A stretch of 64,000 bases of DNA from Clostridia bacterium (GCA_017559855.1 JAFYQP010000058.1:615-64614), one strand, 5' to 3'; counted from the first letter of the stretch, positions 1 through 8,780 are shown. Notes: generated from the sequence alone by a model not told the origin. Numbers and translations are program-made.

Positions 1-1075
1 TACCGAGGAAACAAGTAAACACACAAATGAAAACAACCATGCCGAGTTTACCCATATGCATTGATTCGATAAACATTTCCATCTCGGTTGCAACGTCAAC
101 GGTTGCAAAAAGTGCACCTATCATATAGCCAATAACGCAGACTCCGATTGCCGGTGCTATTGACTTGATTCCTTTTGCAAACATATCCGCAAGTTTTGAC
201 GGTGTGAAATTCTTTTTATCCTTTGCTATAAGAAGTGCATACATAGCCGCAATACCGGGAATAAAGATAAGCAAACTTGAAGAGAAGTTTTTGGCACCGT
301 TTTCGCCAAGACGTGCGGTAAAAAGTGTGCTTTTGAACAGATAATCAAGCAAAAACGGCAAAAGAATAATTACAGGAAGAAGAAGTCCCTGCCAATTTAA
401 CTTTAACGTTTCCTTTAAATCCGGCAATTCTTCTTTGCTCATAGGTTTAACTTTATAATATTTGCAGAAACCATATATCATAAGAACACGTTGTAAAATG
501 AACCAAATGGAAATGCCCCAGAGAACAATCCAGAACTGCCCTGTCGTCATTTCAACTGCAGGATAAAGTGCGGTAAATGCACCGAGTGCCGCAACGATAT
601 TTGAAGACGGAGGAATCATATTCCCCATATAACTTGAATTGCTCTCAACGTTTGCCGCGAGTTCAGGTGGAAATCCACTTTTTTTCATTGCGGGGATGGT
701 AATTACGCCCGTTGCCATAACATTTCCGGGCCCACTTCCGGAAAGTGCGCCCATAAACGCACTTGCAATTACAGAAACATATCCGGCACCGCCGGTAACC
801 CTACCAAGTAGTGCCATAATAACGTTTATACATCCGTCGATTACCTTCGTTTTGGTAAGTATTATTGACATTGCAACAAAGGCCGTCATCGAGTACAACA
901 ATGATGTTGACAGACTTTTATCAACATACCCAAGCAAGTCTCCCCACGTGTTTGTTACCGTAAGCAAGATAACAAAACTTATGAGCATTGCCTCATAGAC
1001 AGGTCTTTTAAATATCATAAACCAAAGGATTACTACAAGAAGTAAAATCCCAAGATATAAAAATGTCGATGGCAT
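1..1075 (-). CDS. TRAP-type transporter large permease (DctM family), N-terminal part only; C-terminus lies beyond the left window edge
   Basis: Absent from the ORF track because there is no stop in the window. Manual reverse translation from the ATG at 1075 (GAGGAGA upstream) gives an open multi-TM ORF MPSTFLYLGILLL.... The motif ALSGSGPGNVMATGVITIPAMKKSGF...IPPSSNIV fits the DctM signature region. The + ORF 639..998 is its antisense shadow. Confidence 0.75.
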   Translation of the reverse strand, partial: MPSTFLYLGILLLVVILWFMIFKRPVYEAMLISFVILLTVTNTWGDLLGYVDKSLSTSLLYSMTAFVAMSIILTKTKVIDGCINVIMALLGRVTGGAGYVSVIASAFMGALSGSGPGNVMATGVITIPAMKKSGFPPELAANVESNSSYMGNMIPPSSNIVAALGAFTALYPAVEMTTGQFWIVLWGISIWFILQRVLMIYGFCKYYKVKPMSKEELPDLKETLKLNWQGLLLPVIILLPFLLDYLFKSTLFTARLGENGAKNFSSSLLIFIPGIAAMYALLIAKDKKNFTPSKLADMFAKGIKSIAPAIGVCVIGYMIGALFATVDVATEMEMFIESMHMGKLGMVVFICVFTCFLG

Positions 1076-1093
1076 AAAATTCTCCTCTGAAAC

Positions 1094-2290
1094 TTATTTC
1101 AAAAAGCACGATTTAACAGTATCTATAATCACCTTCTGCTCGTCTTCCGTGATTTTATTATCACTAGGTAAACACAGACCACGCTCAAAAAGATCCATAC
1201 CCACGTCAACCCCGTCGTCACTTGCTTTGATAAAAGGACAGTCTTTAAAAATTGGTTGTGCGTGCATCGGTTTCCAAATCGGTCTTCCCTCTGCATTAAG
1301 TTTGGAAAGTGCTTCCAAAATTTCATCGGGGCAAGTTTTTCCATCTTCTGTGGTATAGGTACTTTCAAGGTCTCCCCTTACCTGCTTTGTCATATGATCC
1401 TTATCAATCAACATACAAGACAGCCAGAAATTTGGAACGGCTCTTTCTTCATCAAAAGGATTCATCGTGATTGGTAAATCCGCAAAACCTTCTTTATAAC
1501 GCTTATAAATCGCCTTTTTCTGTGCGATATGCTCGTCTAAGTGTTTAAGTTGTCCTCGTACAACACCGGCAATTACATTGCTCATACGATAGTTATATCC
1601 CAACTCCTCATGTTGGTACCACGGTGCCGGTTCACGGCTTTGAGTTGACCATTTGCGAACTTTCTTAGCCGCATCCTCATCATTAGTTAAAAGCATACCG
1701 CCGGAAGAACCGGTGATAATCTTATTGCCGTTGAATGAAATAATGCCGATGTCACCAAACATACCTGTTTGTCTGCCGTCATATGTTGCACCAAACGACT
1801 CTGCCGCATCTTCTATCATAATCGCATTGTGCTCTTTACATATTTCGCAGAGTTCCTGCATTTTTCCGGGTGTACCGTAAAGATTTACGACAACAACAAC
1901 CTTTGTCTCCGGATAAAGTTCAAATGCACGACGAAGGGCAATCGGATCCATATTCCACGTGTCGTACTCGGTATCAATAAAAACGGGAGTTGCCTTTTCG
2001 TAAGCAACCGGATTTACAGTTGCTGCAAAAGTAACATCAGAGCAGAAAACGGTGTCACCCGGCTGAACTCCTGCAAGTTTTATTGCCATATGCAGTGCCG
2101 CGGTGCCGGAAGAAAGAGCGACCGCACACTTGCAACCGATTTTCTCCGCAACAATCCGCTCTACCTCGTTAATGTTTTCACCAACGGTAGACATCCAATT
2201 TGTCTCATATGCCTTCTGCATATATGTCAGTTCTTCACCATGCATTGTAGGTGATGATAAATATATCTTTTTTTCAAATGGTTTAATCAT
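1094..2290 (-). CDS. DegT/DnrJ/EryC1/StrS-family PLP aminotransferase (EpsN/PglE-like sugar aminotransferase)
   Basis: 398 aa. The N-terminus LSSPTMHGEELTYMQKAYETNWMSTVGENI and the PLP-lysine region SFNGNKIITGSSGGMLL are typical of the family. The stop lies 19 nt upstream of the TRAP permease start. Confidence 0.88.
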   Translation of the reverse strand: MIKPFEKKIYLSSPTMHGEELTYMQKAYETNWMSTVGENINEVERIVAEKIGCKCAVALSSGTAALHMAIKLAGVQPGDTVFCSDVTFAATVNPVAYEKATPVFIDTEYDTWNMDPIALRRAFELYPETKVVVVVNLYGTPGKMQELCEICKEHNAIMIEDAAESFGATYDGRQTGMFGDIGIISFNGNKIITGSSGGMLLTNDEDAAKKVRKWSTQSREPAPWYQHEELGYNYRMSNVIAGVVRGQLKHLDEHIAQKKAIYKRYKEGFADLPITMNPFDEERAVPNFWLSCMLIDKDHMTKQVRGDLESTYTTEDGKTCPDEILEALSKLNAEGRPIWKPMHAQPIFKDCPFIKASDDGVDVGMDLFERGLCLPSDNKITEDEQKVIIDTVKSCFLK

Positions 2291-2340
2291 AAAAAAGCCT
2301 CACCCTTATCATTTTTTTAGGCACAATCATAGATATTATC

Positions 2341-2369
2341 ATTTTATCACTCCAAACGCCAAAAGTCAA
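2341..2369 (-). promoter_or_regulatory. sigmaA-type promoter for the DegT-TRAP unit
   Basis: On the minus strand: TTGACT, 17-nt spacer, TAAAAT, with TGa giving an extended -10. Confidence 0.5.
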
Positions 2370-2398
2370 CGATTTACGATACCTTTATACAAAAAAAT

Positions 2399-2428
2399 AG
2401 TGCAGGAAAACATTGGTTTTCCTGCACT
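2399..2428 (-). terminator. intrinsic terminator downstream of the EF-G paralog
   Basis: 13-bp perfect stem (agtgcaggaaaac/gttttcctgcact) with a 4-nt loop, followed by a T-run on the minus strand. Confidence 0.75.
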
Positions 2429-2444
2429 AAAATATAATTTAATT

Positions 2445-4517
2445 TTATTCGTCTGCAAGGAGGTGTGCACGTTCTGCAACAACCTTCTCCTGAACGTTCA
2501 TCGGTGCTTCTTCATAACGTGCAAACTCAAACACAAACATACCTCTACCCTGTGTCATAGAGCGAAGATCAATTGTGTAAGTGTGCATTTCTGCCATAGG
2601 AACTTCTGCATCAATTGTCGTGTGACCTGCTTCAGCAGGAGTCATGCCAAGAACGCGTCCGCGACGCTTATTTAAATCGCCGATAACGTCGCCCATATAA
2701 CTATCCGGAACGGTAACTGCAAGAGTTCCGATCGGTTCAAGAAGAACGGGGTTTGCCTGCGGTAGACCTGCCTTATAAGCAAGGGATGCCGCCATCTTGA
2801 ATGCCATTTCAGATGAGTCAACGTCGTGATAAGAGCCGTCGACAAGAGTTGCCTTTAAGTAAACTACAGGGAATCCTGCAACAACGCCCTTTGAAATGCA
2901 CTCACGGAGACCTTTTTCAACAGCTGGGAAGAAGTTCTTCGGTACAGCACCGCCAACTACCTTCTCTTCAAATACTAAATCTTCCTGATCGCCGGGCTCA
3001 AATTCCATCCAAACGTCACCATACTGTCCGTGACCGCCTGACTGTTTCTTATGCTTACCCTGAACGCGAACTTTTCTTCTGATCTTCTCACGATACGGTA
3101 CACGGGGAGCCTCAAGTTCTACCTCAGCACCAAAACGTGCTTTAAGACGTGAGCAGAGAATGTCAATATGCATATCACCGCAACCGGTAACGATATACTG
3201 ATGTGTTTCGTTATTATTTACCGCAGTAAATGTCAAATCCTCTTCCGCGAGACGTGCAAGACCTGCAGCGATCTTCTCTTCGCCGCCTTTCACCTTGGAA
3301 AGAACTGCCTGAGCATATGTAGGTTTGGGCAGGTCGAAACCGCCAAGAGCAACAACCGCATCTGCCGCACAGAAGGTATCACCTGTCTTAGCATCGCCGA
3401 ATTTGCTTATTGCACCAATATCGCCAAAGCCAACCATCTTTGCTTCAACACGGTTCTTACCGCGTACAAAGTATAAATGACCAACCTTTTCTGCCTCACC
3501 GGTACGAGCATTTATAAGTGTCATATCATCTGTAACCTTACCGGACATAACCTTAAAGTAAGATACTTTACCATATTGATCAGAAACAGTTTTGAAGATT
3601 AAAATTCTTGTGGGAGCTTTTTCTGTACGCTCAATATCAACAAGTTCGCCATTTGCATCTTCGCCGATTTCTGCCGGCATATCAAACGGTGACGGAGCAT
3701 AGTCAATAAGACCGCGAAGGAGTGCAAGAGAACCGATACCGGTCATTGCAGAACCGCAGAATACCGGAGTAAGGCTTCCCTGCATAAGACCGATGTTGAT
3801 ACCGTGAACATACTCGTCGGTGGTAAATTCCTCACCGTCAAAGAACTTGTTCATGTATTCTTCACTTGTCTCGGCAACACTTTCCTTAATCTGTTCGCGA
3901 ACTTCGTCAACCTTAGCCTGCATCTCTGCCGGAATGGGCATCTCAACAGCAGCACCGTCTTTAAGTTCGTATGCTTTGAGTTTTACAACGTCAACGATAC
4001 CGACAGTCTTACCGCCAACAATTGCCGGAATAACTATAGGACATACGGAAACGCCGAACTTTTCACGAAGACCGTCGAAAGCCTTGTAATAATCAGCATT
4101 TTCTTCATCAATCTTTGAAATGTAAATCATTTTGGGAATCTTGCGGGCAGCGGTACGCTTCCATGCAAGTTCAGTACCTACGCCGACGCCGTTCTTTGCA
4201 CTGCAAACGATAACCGCACAGCCGGCAACTCGGAGTGCCTGTTGACGTTCGCCGCCGAAATCGAGGTAACCCGGTGCATCGAGCACGTTAATCTTATGGT
4301 CATTGAACTCAATCGGTACAAGGGATGCCGAAACGGAAATTTTTCTCTTAATTTCTTCCGGATCATAGTCGGAAATTGTATTTCCATCTGCAACTTTACC
4401 CAAACGGTCGGTTGCCTTGGTCATAAATAAAAGACTCTCAGTCAGAGAGGTTTTACCGTCGCCTCCGTGACCAAGAAGACAAATATTTCTTATTTTTTCT
4501 GCGGGATAAGTTTTCAT
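2445..4517 (-). CDS. elongation factor G family GTPase (divergent EF-G paralog, not canonical FusA)
   Basis: 690 aa with EF-G five-domain length and C-terminal domain IV/V similarity. The G motifs are non-canonical: G1 GHGGDGKTS, G3 DAPGY (canonical DTPGH), G4 SKID (canonical NKxD). Confidence 0.85.
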   Translation of the reverse strand: MKTYPAEKIRNICLLGHGGDGKTSLTESLLFMTKATDRLGKVADGNTISDYDPEEIKRKISVSASLVPIEFNDHKINVLDAPGYLDFGGERQQALRVAGCAVIVCSAKNGVGVGTELAWKRTAARKIPKMIYISKIDEENADYYKAFDGLREKFGVSVCPIVIPAIVGGKTVGIVDVVKLKAYELKDGAAVEMPIPAEMQAKVDEVREQIKESVAETSEEYMNKFFDGEEFTTDEYVHGINIGLMQGSLTPVFCGSAMTGIGSLALLRGLIDYAPSPFDMPAEIGEDANGELVDIERTEKAPTRILIFKTVSDQYGKVSYFKVMSGKVTDDMTLINARTGEAEKVGHLYFVRGKNRVEAKMVGFGDIGAISKFGDAKTGDTFCAADAVVALGGFDLPKPTYAQAVLSKVKGGEEKIAAGLARLAEEDLTFTAVNNNETHQYIVTGCGDMHIDILCSRLKARFGAEVELEAPRVPYREKIRRKVRVQGKHKKQSGGHGQYGDVWMEFEPGDQEDLVFEEKVVGGAVPKNFFPAVEKGLRECISKGVVAGFPVVYLKATLVDGSYHDVDSSEMAFKMAASLAYKAGLPQANPVLLEPIGTLAVTVPDSYMGDVIGDLNKRRGRVLGMTPAEAGHTTIDAEVPMAEMHTYTIDLRSMTQGRGMFVFEFARYEEAPMNVQEKVVAERAHLLADE

Positions 4518-4549
4518 GGGACATCGCTCCTTACCTAAGATTTGATAAT

Positions 4550-4578
4550 ATTATACAATAATTACCCTTTGTGCACAA
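4550..4578 (-). promoter_or_regulatory. sigmaA-type promoter of the EF-G paralog
   Basis: On the minus strand: TTGTGC, 17 nt, TATAAT. The -35 lies inside the palindrome TTGTGCACAA. Confidence 0.5.
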
Positions 4579-4629
4579 GTGATAGTATGTAAAAATAACC
4601 AATTATTTTTTGTGCACTATGACGAAAAA

Positions 4630-4654
4630 AGAGCAATGGCATAGCCATTGCTCT
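4630..4654 (-). terminator. intrinsic terminator of the 7859-4672 operon
   Basis: 11-bp stem agagcaatggc/gccattgctct with a 3-nt loop. It is flanked by A6 and T5, so it could act in both directions. Confidence 0.75.
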
Positions 4655-4671
4655 TTTTTACTTATTTAGTA

Positions 4672-5541
4672 TTAGAGGCCGATTTCCTCTGCAAGTGCCT
4701 TAAAGTAACCAATGTCGTTGCGTACAAACCATACGCGGTCGCCGCCACGAGGTGCTTCAATACCGATAGGACCGGTGTAGCCCATTTCTTTGATTGCCTT
4801 AAGATATGCACGGTGATTGATGTCACCCTCTGCAAGGGATGTGGGCATACGGCATCCTGCAATATTTACTGCATTTTTAAGATGCATGTAGTACAGTTTC
4901 TCGCCGTATAACTTGGCAACGTCTGCAGGAGACGGCATATTGATAAAATATGCGGTGTTGCCGTAGTCCATATTGATACCAACCGCAGGAGAGTCGATTA
5001 AATCAACTAATTTACGGGCGCACTTGGGAGTATCGTGGAGATAACTCATATGTGTCTCAAAAGCGATCTTCATACCGATTTCTGCACACGCAGCACCGAT
5101 TTGCTTATAACTGTCAACGCCGAATTTCCAATCATCCTCGGTTGCACAGAAAGAACCTGTAAGGTTGAAGTTCTCACCTGCTGCCGGATTAGGATAGAAT
5201 TCGCTGAAAGCGTTACATACGGTGGTACCGCAGATTTCTTTTGCCTTACGGTAGAACTCGATAATACCTTCAACCGCTTTTGCACGTTCGGATTCATCCT
5301 TGTTGGATGTGCCGGTGCCAGGAACGCCGAACATAACTTCAATGCCGGTTTTCTCCTTAGCATCTGCGATTTCCTTTAAGTATGTATCGCGGTCTTTGGT
5401 GTAGTTGTTGGGAAGTTTTCCTCTATACTCAACACCGTCGAAGCCGAAACGCTTCGCCATCTGAGCCGCCTCTAAAACGGACATACCTAAAGTCTCATAT
5501 GAACTCTCGGCATAGTTAATGTGCATAATGATAGGATTCAT
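4672..5541 (-). CDS. sugar phosphate isomerase/epimerase (xylose-isomerase-like TIM barrel; IolE/IolI-like)
   Basis: 289 aa. The pattern FGFDGVEY...GMKIAFETH...GIEAP is typical of the AP-endonuclease-2/xylose-isomerase-like TIM barrel family. Confidence 0.8.
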   Translation of the reverse strand: MNPIIMHINYAESSYETLGMSVLEAAQMAKRFGFDGVEYRGKLPNNYTKDRDTYLKEIADAKEKTGIEVMFGVPGTGTSNKDESERAKAVEGIIEFYRKAKEICGTTVCNAFSEFYPNPAAGENFNLTGSFCATEDDWKFGVDSYKQIGAACAEIGMKIAFETHMSYLHDTPKCARKLVDLIDSPAVGINMDYGNTAYFINMPSPADVAKLYGEKLYYMHLKNAVNIAGCRMPTSLAEGDINHRAYLKAIKEMGYTGPIGIEAPRGGDRVWFVRNDIGYFKALAEEIGL

Positions 5542-5552
5542 AATTACACCTC

Positions 5553-6590
5553 TTAGTTATTCAAATATACTGTCTTACCGGTCTTGGAAGACTCGTAAAT
5601 CGCAAGGATGATTTCAACCGGAAGTTTGCCGTCGTACTGAGTAACCATAGGCTCACGATTGTTACGGATAGCGTCAACCATATCAGTAAGCTGACGGATA
5701 TGACCGGTAATAGCAAAGTTTGTGGGATCGTTAGAAGTATCAACTGCATTATCAGGATCAAACATAGCATCCTTGGGCGGAAGTTCACCTTCTACGTTCC
5801 AAGCGGTAATCTTATCCTCAACCATAGTGATAACGCCGCTGTCACCGGAAATTTCGGTAACACGGGGGCTACCCGGATTGATAGATGTTGTGCCTACAAT
5901 CTGACCGAGGGCACCGTTCTCAAACTCTAAAATAGCAACCGCGGTATCCTCTACCTCGATGTTGCGAACGAGAGTTCTTGCAAGTGCGGAAACAGACTTA
6001 ACCGGACCCATAAGATAACGGAGAATGTCGATACCGTGGATACCCTGATTCATAAGAGCACCGCCGCCGTCCATCTTCCATGTGCCTCTCCAGCCGCCCT
6101 TGTCGTAGTATTCCTGTGATCGGTAGAACTTCATACGAAGATCTGCGTGAACGATCTTGCCAAGTCTGCCTTCCTCGATTGCACCCTTGAGTGCCTGAAC
6201 ACCGGGAGCAAAACGAAGTTGTGAAATAACAGCCATCTTAACGCCGTTATCCTTACAAGCAGCAAGAAGATTATCAATCTCCTCATGAGTGAGTGCCATA
6301 GGTTTCTCAACAACGATGTTCTTACCTGCATTTGCAGCAGCGATCGCAAGCGGTGCATGTAAGCCGCTGGGTGTGCAGATACAAACAACGTCAATCTCCG
6401 GATCTGCGAACATAGCATCGGTAGAATCATACGCCTTTACGCCGTACTTTTCTGCAAATGCAAGTCTAGCCGGCTCGTAAACGTCGGTAACACCAACGAG
6501 TTCCGCACCGTCGATAGACTGTACAGCCTGTGCGTGCCAATTGGAAATTACGCCGCAGCCGATAATACCAAACTTAATAATTTTTTCCAT
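5553..6590 (-). CDS. Gfo/Idh/MocA-family NAD(P)-dependent oxidoreductase
   Basis: 345 aa. N-terminal Rossmann motif KFGIIGCGVISNWHA, plus the EKP motif (VVEKPMAL) characteristic of the family. Confidence 0.9.
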   Translation of the reverse strand: MEKIIKFGIIGCGVISNWHAQAVQSIDGAELVGVTDVYEPARLAFAEKYGVKAYDSTDAMFADPEIDVVCICTPSGLHAPLAIAAANAGKNIVVEKPMALTHEEIDNLLAACKDNGVKMAVISQLRFAPGVQALKGAIEEGRLGKIVHADLRMKFYRSQEYYDKGGWRGTWKMDGGGALMNQGIHGIDILRYLMGPVKSVSALARTLVRNIEVEDTAVAILEFENGALGQIVGTTSINPGSPRVTEISGDSGVITMVEDKITAWNVEGELPPKDAMFDPDNAVDTSNDPTNFAITGHIRQLTDMVDAIRNNREPMVTQYDGKLPVEIILAIYESSKTGKTVYLNN

Positions 6591-6602
6591 CTCTTTTTCT
6601 CC

Positions 6603-7859
6603 TTATAAAATTGCAGCAGCAACTTTTCTGATACCTGCAATACTGTCCTCAATGTCTTTTTTGGTGTGAAGAACACCGATGGTCATTGTAACGGTACGCG
6701 GCATAAGATCAACCGCAACAGGACACATATCCTCGGAATATACGATTTCTTCATCAAACTGATTGAAGGGGAAGCCGCTGGGATCAACAGTCTTCTTATA
6801 GAATAACTGAGGAATCATATATGTAGGACGACCGCCATATAAGCAGAAGCAACGAATGTTCTCTGCATTAAGTGCAGCGATGAACTTCTCACAAGTTTCC
6901 TTGTCCTTTAACATAAACTGAGTTGTGCAACCGCACTCACCCTCAGGATCGTTGATATGTACAAGTTCAATACCGTCAATTTCAGAAAGAGCGTCAACCA
7001 TCATCTTCTTATACTCACGGAACTGTTCAATCATACCGGGAAGTTTAGAAAGCTGAACAGATGCGATAGCACCGGTAATCTCGCTCATACGATAGTTCTG
7101 ACCGAGGAAGATATCATCTTCTGCATTAGTTGCAAGGAAGCCTTCCTTCTCACGGAACATACCGTGGTCGTGATAACGAACTGCACGCTCGTAAAGTTTT
7201 GCGTCATTGGTACTTACCGCACCGCCCTCACCTGTGGAGATCATCTTGTTGATCTGGAGTGAGAAACAAGCGAGGTCGCCCCATGAACCGGACATCTTGC
7301 CCTTGTAGGAACTACCCATAGACTGAGCAACGTCCTCAATTACGATAAGGTTATACTTCTTAGCCTCAGCAACAACCTCGTCCATACGGCAGGGATTACC
7401 GAGAATCGGTACCGCAATGATAGCCTTGGTGTACTTATCTACACAAGCACCAATCTTTGTAGGATCGATGGTAAAACTCTTGTCGATGTCGCAGAATACA
7501 GGAACTGCACCTGCAGCAACAACAGCACCTGCGGATGCGATGAAAGTACAAGCCGGAACGATTACCTTATCACCGGGGCCGATACCTGCAGCCTTGAGTG
7601 CACAAACGATGGAAGCGGTACATGAAGTAACACCAACAGTATACTTTGTACCGATATATTCGGATAAGTTTTTCTCAAACTCTTTTGCCTTACCTAAAAC
7701 TTTTTCCGGACCGTAGTAGCGGAAAGGAGACTGTGCACGGATAACTTCAGCCGCAGCCTCAACCTCACGCTCATCATATGCAGATGCACCGGGATACGGA
7801 GCAGGAAGCGGATTAGGTCTCACGGGAGTGCCACCATTGATTGCTAATTTTTCAGACAT
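6603..7859 (-). CDS. DegT/DnrJ/EryC1/StrS-family PLP aminotransferase (long form, scyllo-inosose-aminotransferase-like)
   Basis: 418 aa. PLP-lysine region FSLQINKMISTGEGGAV. First gene of a tightly spaced three-gene operon. Confidence 0.85.
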   Translation of the reverse strand: MSEKLAINGGTPVRPNPLPAPYPGASAYDEREVEAAAEVIRAQSPFRYYGPEKVLGKAKEFEKNLSEYIGTKYTVGVTSCTASIVCALKAAGIGPGDKVIVPACTFIASAGAVVAAGAVPVFCDIDKSFTIDPTKIGACVDKYTKAIIAVPILGNPCRMDEVVAEAKKYNLIVIEDVAQSMGSSYKGKMSGSWGDLACFSLQINKMISTGEGGAVSTNDAKLYERAVRYHDHGMFREKEGFLATNAEDDIFLGQNYRMSEITGAIASVQLSKLPGMIEQFREYKKMMVDALSEIDGIELVHINDPEGECGCTTQFMLKDKETCEKFIAALNAENIRCFCLYGGRPTYMIPQLFYKKTVDPSGFPFNQFDEEIVYSEDMCPVAVDLMPRTVTMTIGVLHTKKDIEDSIAGIRKVAAAIL

Positions 7860-8033
7860 AATGAATTACCTCCTAAATTACTTTGTGTTAATTGTAACCC
7901 ATAGATTTTTTAATTTCTTTGCCTTTTCTGTTATTCTTTTGTTCTTTTCTCCTAGAGTGACAATAAAACTATTCTATATTATATTGTATCATATAATGCA
8001 GAAAGTTCAAGTATTTATTTGCATATATCTCAC

Positions 8034-8450
8034 TTAATTCTTTTTTTGATAAATCCAATATAAAATCCAATAAATTACCAGAAGAAAACAAATCGTCGAA
8101 CCAATCAATCGGGCTATGTCGTGCATTTTTAGAACTGACAAAACAATAACCGTTACACACGCAATCATAATATATATCGAAAAAGCGGAACTTTTCGCCT
8201 TTCGTATAATGGCAATAGTCCTTTCATCGTTTTCTGCAATCTCTTGTTTTCTGACTGTTTCATTATCTTTCGTAATTATGCGATAATTTCGCATGCGAAC
8301 AATACCCATTATAACCATAACAAAACCAAAAGATGAGAAGAAAGAATCTTCTGTTTTGATGATGAATCCTCCCACCATCAGCATTACGCCAAGTGCGATG
8401 TATACATATGATGTATATAATCTTGTTTTCAATTTCTTTTTAAACTCCAT
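8034..8450 (-). CDS. small 4-TM membrane protein co-transcribed with the XRE regulator
   Basis: The likely start is MEFKKKLK at 8450, with GAGGAGG upstream. It directly abuts the regulator stop (8452). Four hydrophobic segments. Confidence 0.65.
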   Translation of the reverse strand: MEFKKKLKTRLYTSYVYIALGVMLMVGGFIIKTEDSFFSSFGFVMVIMGIVRMRNYRIITKDNETVRKQEIAENDERTIAIIRKAKSSAFSIYIMIACVTVIVLSVLKMHDIARLIGSTICFLLVIYWILYWIYQKKN

Positions 8451-8451
8451 A

Positions 8452-8649
8452 TTAATCCTCCTCAAAAATAAAAACGTCTTCTATCTTCAAATCAAAATAT
8501 CGGGATATTTTGTGTGCAAGTTGCAGTGATGCGGTATACCTCCCGCTTTCTAGCGATATAATCGTCTGCCGTGTAACTCCCACAGCACTTGCCAGGTCGT
8601 CCTGCGTTACTCCATTTCCCTTACGCAGTTCTTTTATTTTGTTATTCAA
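8452..8649 (-). CDS. XRE-family helix-turn-helix transcriptional regulator
   Basis: The HTH region KIKELRKGNGVTQDDLASAVGVTRQTIISLESGRY is typical of short Cro/CI-type regulators. I prefer the TTG start at 8649 (GGAGG 7 nt upstream) over the track ATG at 8676, which lies inside the operator palindrome. Confidence 0.8.
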   Translation of the reverse strand: MNNKIKELRKGNGVTQDDLASAVGVTRQTIISLESGRYTASLQLAHKISRYFDLKIEDVFIFEED

Positions 8650-8666
8650 AACATCACCTCCATTGA

Positions 8667-8684
8667 TGTAAAGCATGCTTTACA
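8667..8684. promoter_or_regulatory. operator O1: perfect 18-bp palindrome TGTAAAGCATGCTTTACA
   Basis: Read directly from the sequence. It lies between the -10 and the RBS of the XRE gene. Confidence 0.6.
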
Positions 8685-8689
8685 TTTGT

Positions 8690-8718
8690 ATTGTATCACA
8701 CCTTACCAAAAATGTAAA
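8690..8718 (-). promoter_or_regulatory. sigmaA-type promoter of the XRE-membrane protein operon
   Basis: On the minus strand: TTTACA, 17 nt, TACAAT, with a TGa extended -10. The -35 overlaps operator O2. Confidence 0.5.
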
Positions 8719-8730
8719 GTATCTTTTACA
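8713..8730. promoter_or_regulatory. operator O2: imperfect palindrome TGTAAAG-tat-CTTTTACA
   Basis: It has the same half-site as O1 and lies 46 bp away, overlapping the -35 of the XRE promoter. Confidence 0.5.
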
Positions 8731-8751
8731 TTTTAATTTCCAGATATATTG

Positions 8752-8780
8752 TTGCCATAAGAGAAAGTTTGCGGTATAAT
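8752..8780 (+). promoter_or_regulatory. sigmaA-type promoter of the amidohydrolase pair
   Basis: TTGCCA, 17 nt, TATAAT. Confidence 0.5.

Noticed and set aside
639-998. 119-aa + strand ORF at the left edge
   Set aside because: It is antisense to the clearly recognisable DctM-type permease frame, and its product is low-complexity.
2103-2675. 190-aa + strand ORF spanning the DegT start, the intergenic region and the EF-G 3' end
   Set aside because: It crosses a promoter and a terminator and overlaps two well-supported minus-strand genes. It shows no family resemblance.
2445-4517. EF-G paralog as a Tet(M)/Tet(O)-type ribosomal protection protein
   Set aside because: Its length (690 aa) and N-terminal sequence do not resemble Tet(M) (about 640 aa, MKIINIGVLAHVDAGKTT). 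No mobile context is present. The call cannot be supported without a search.
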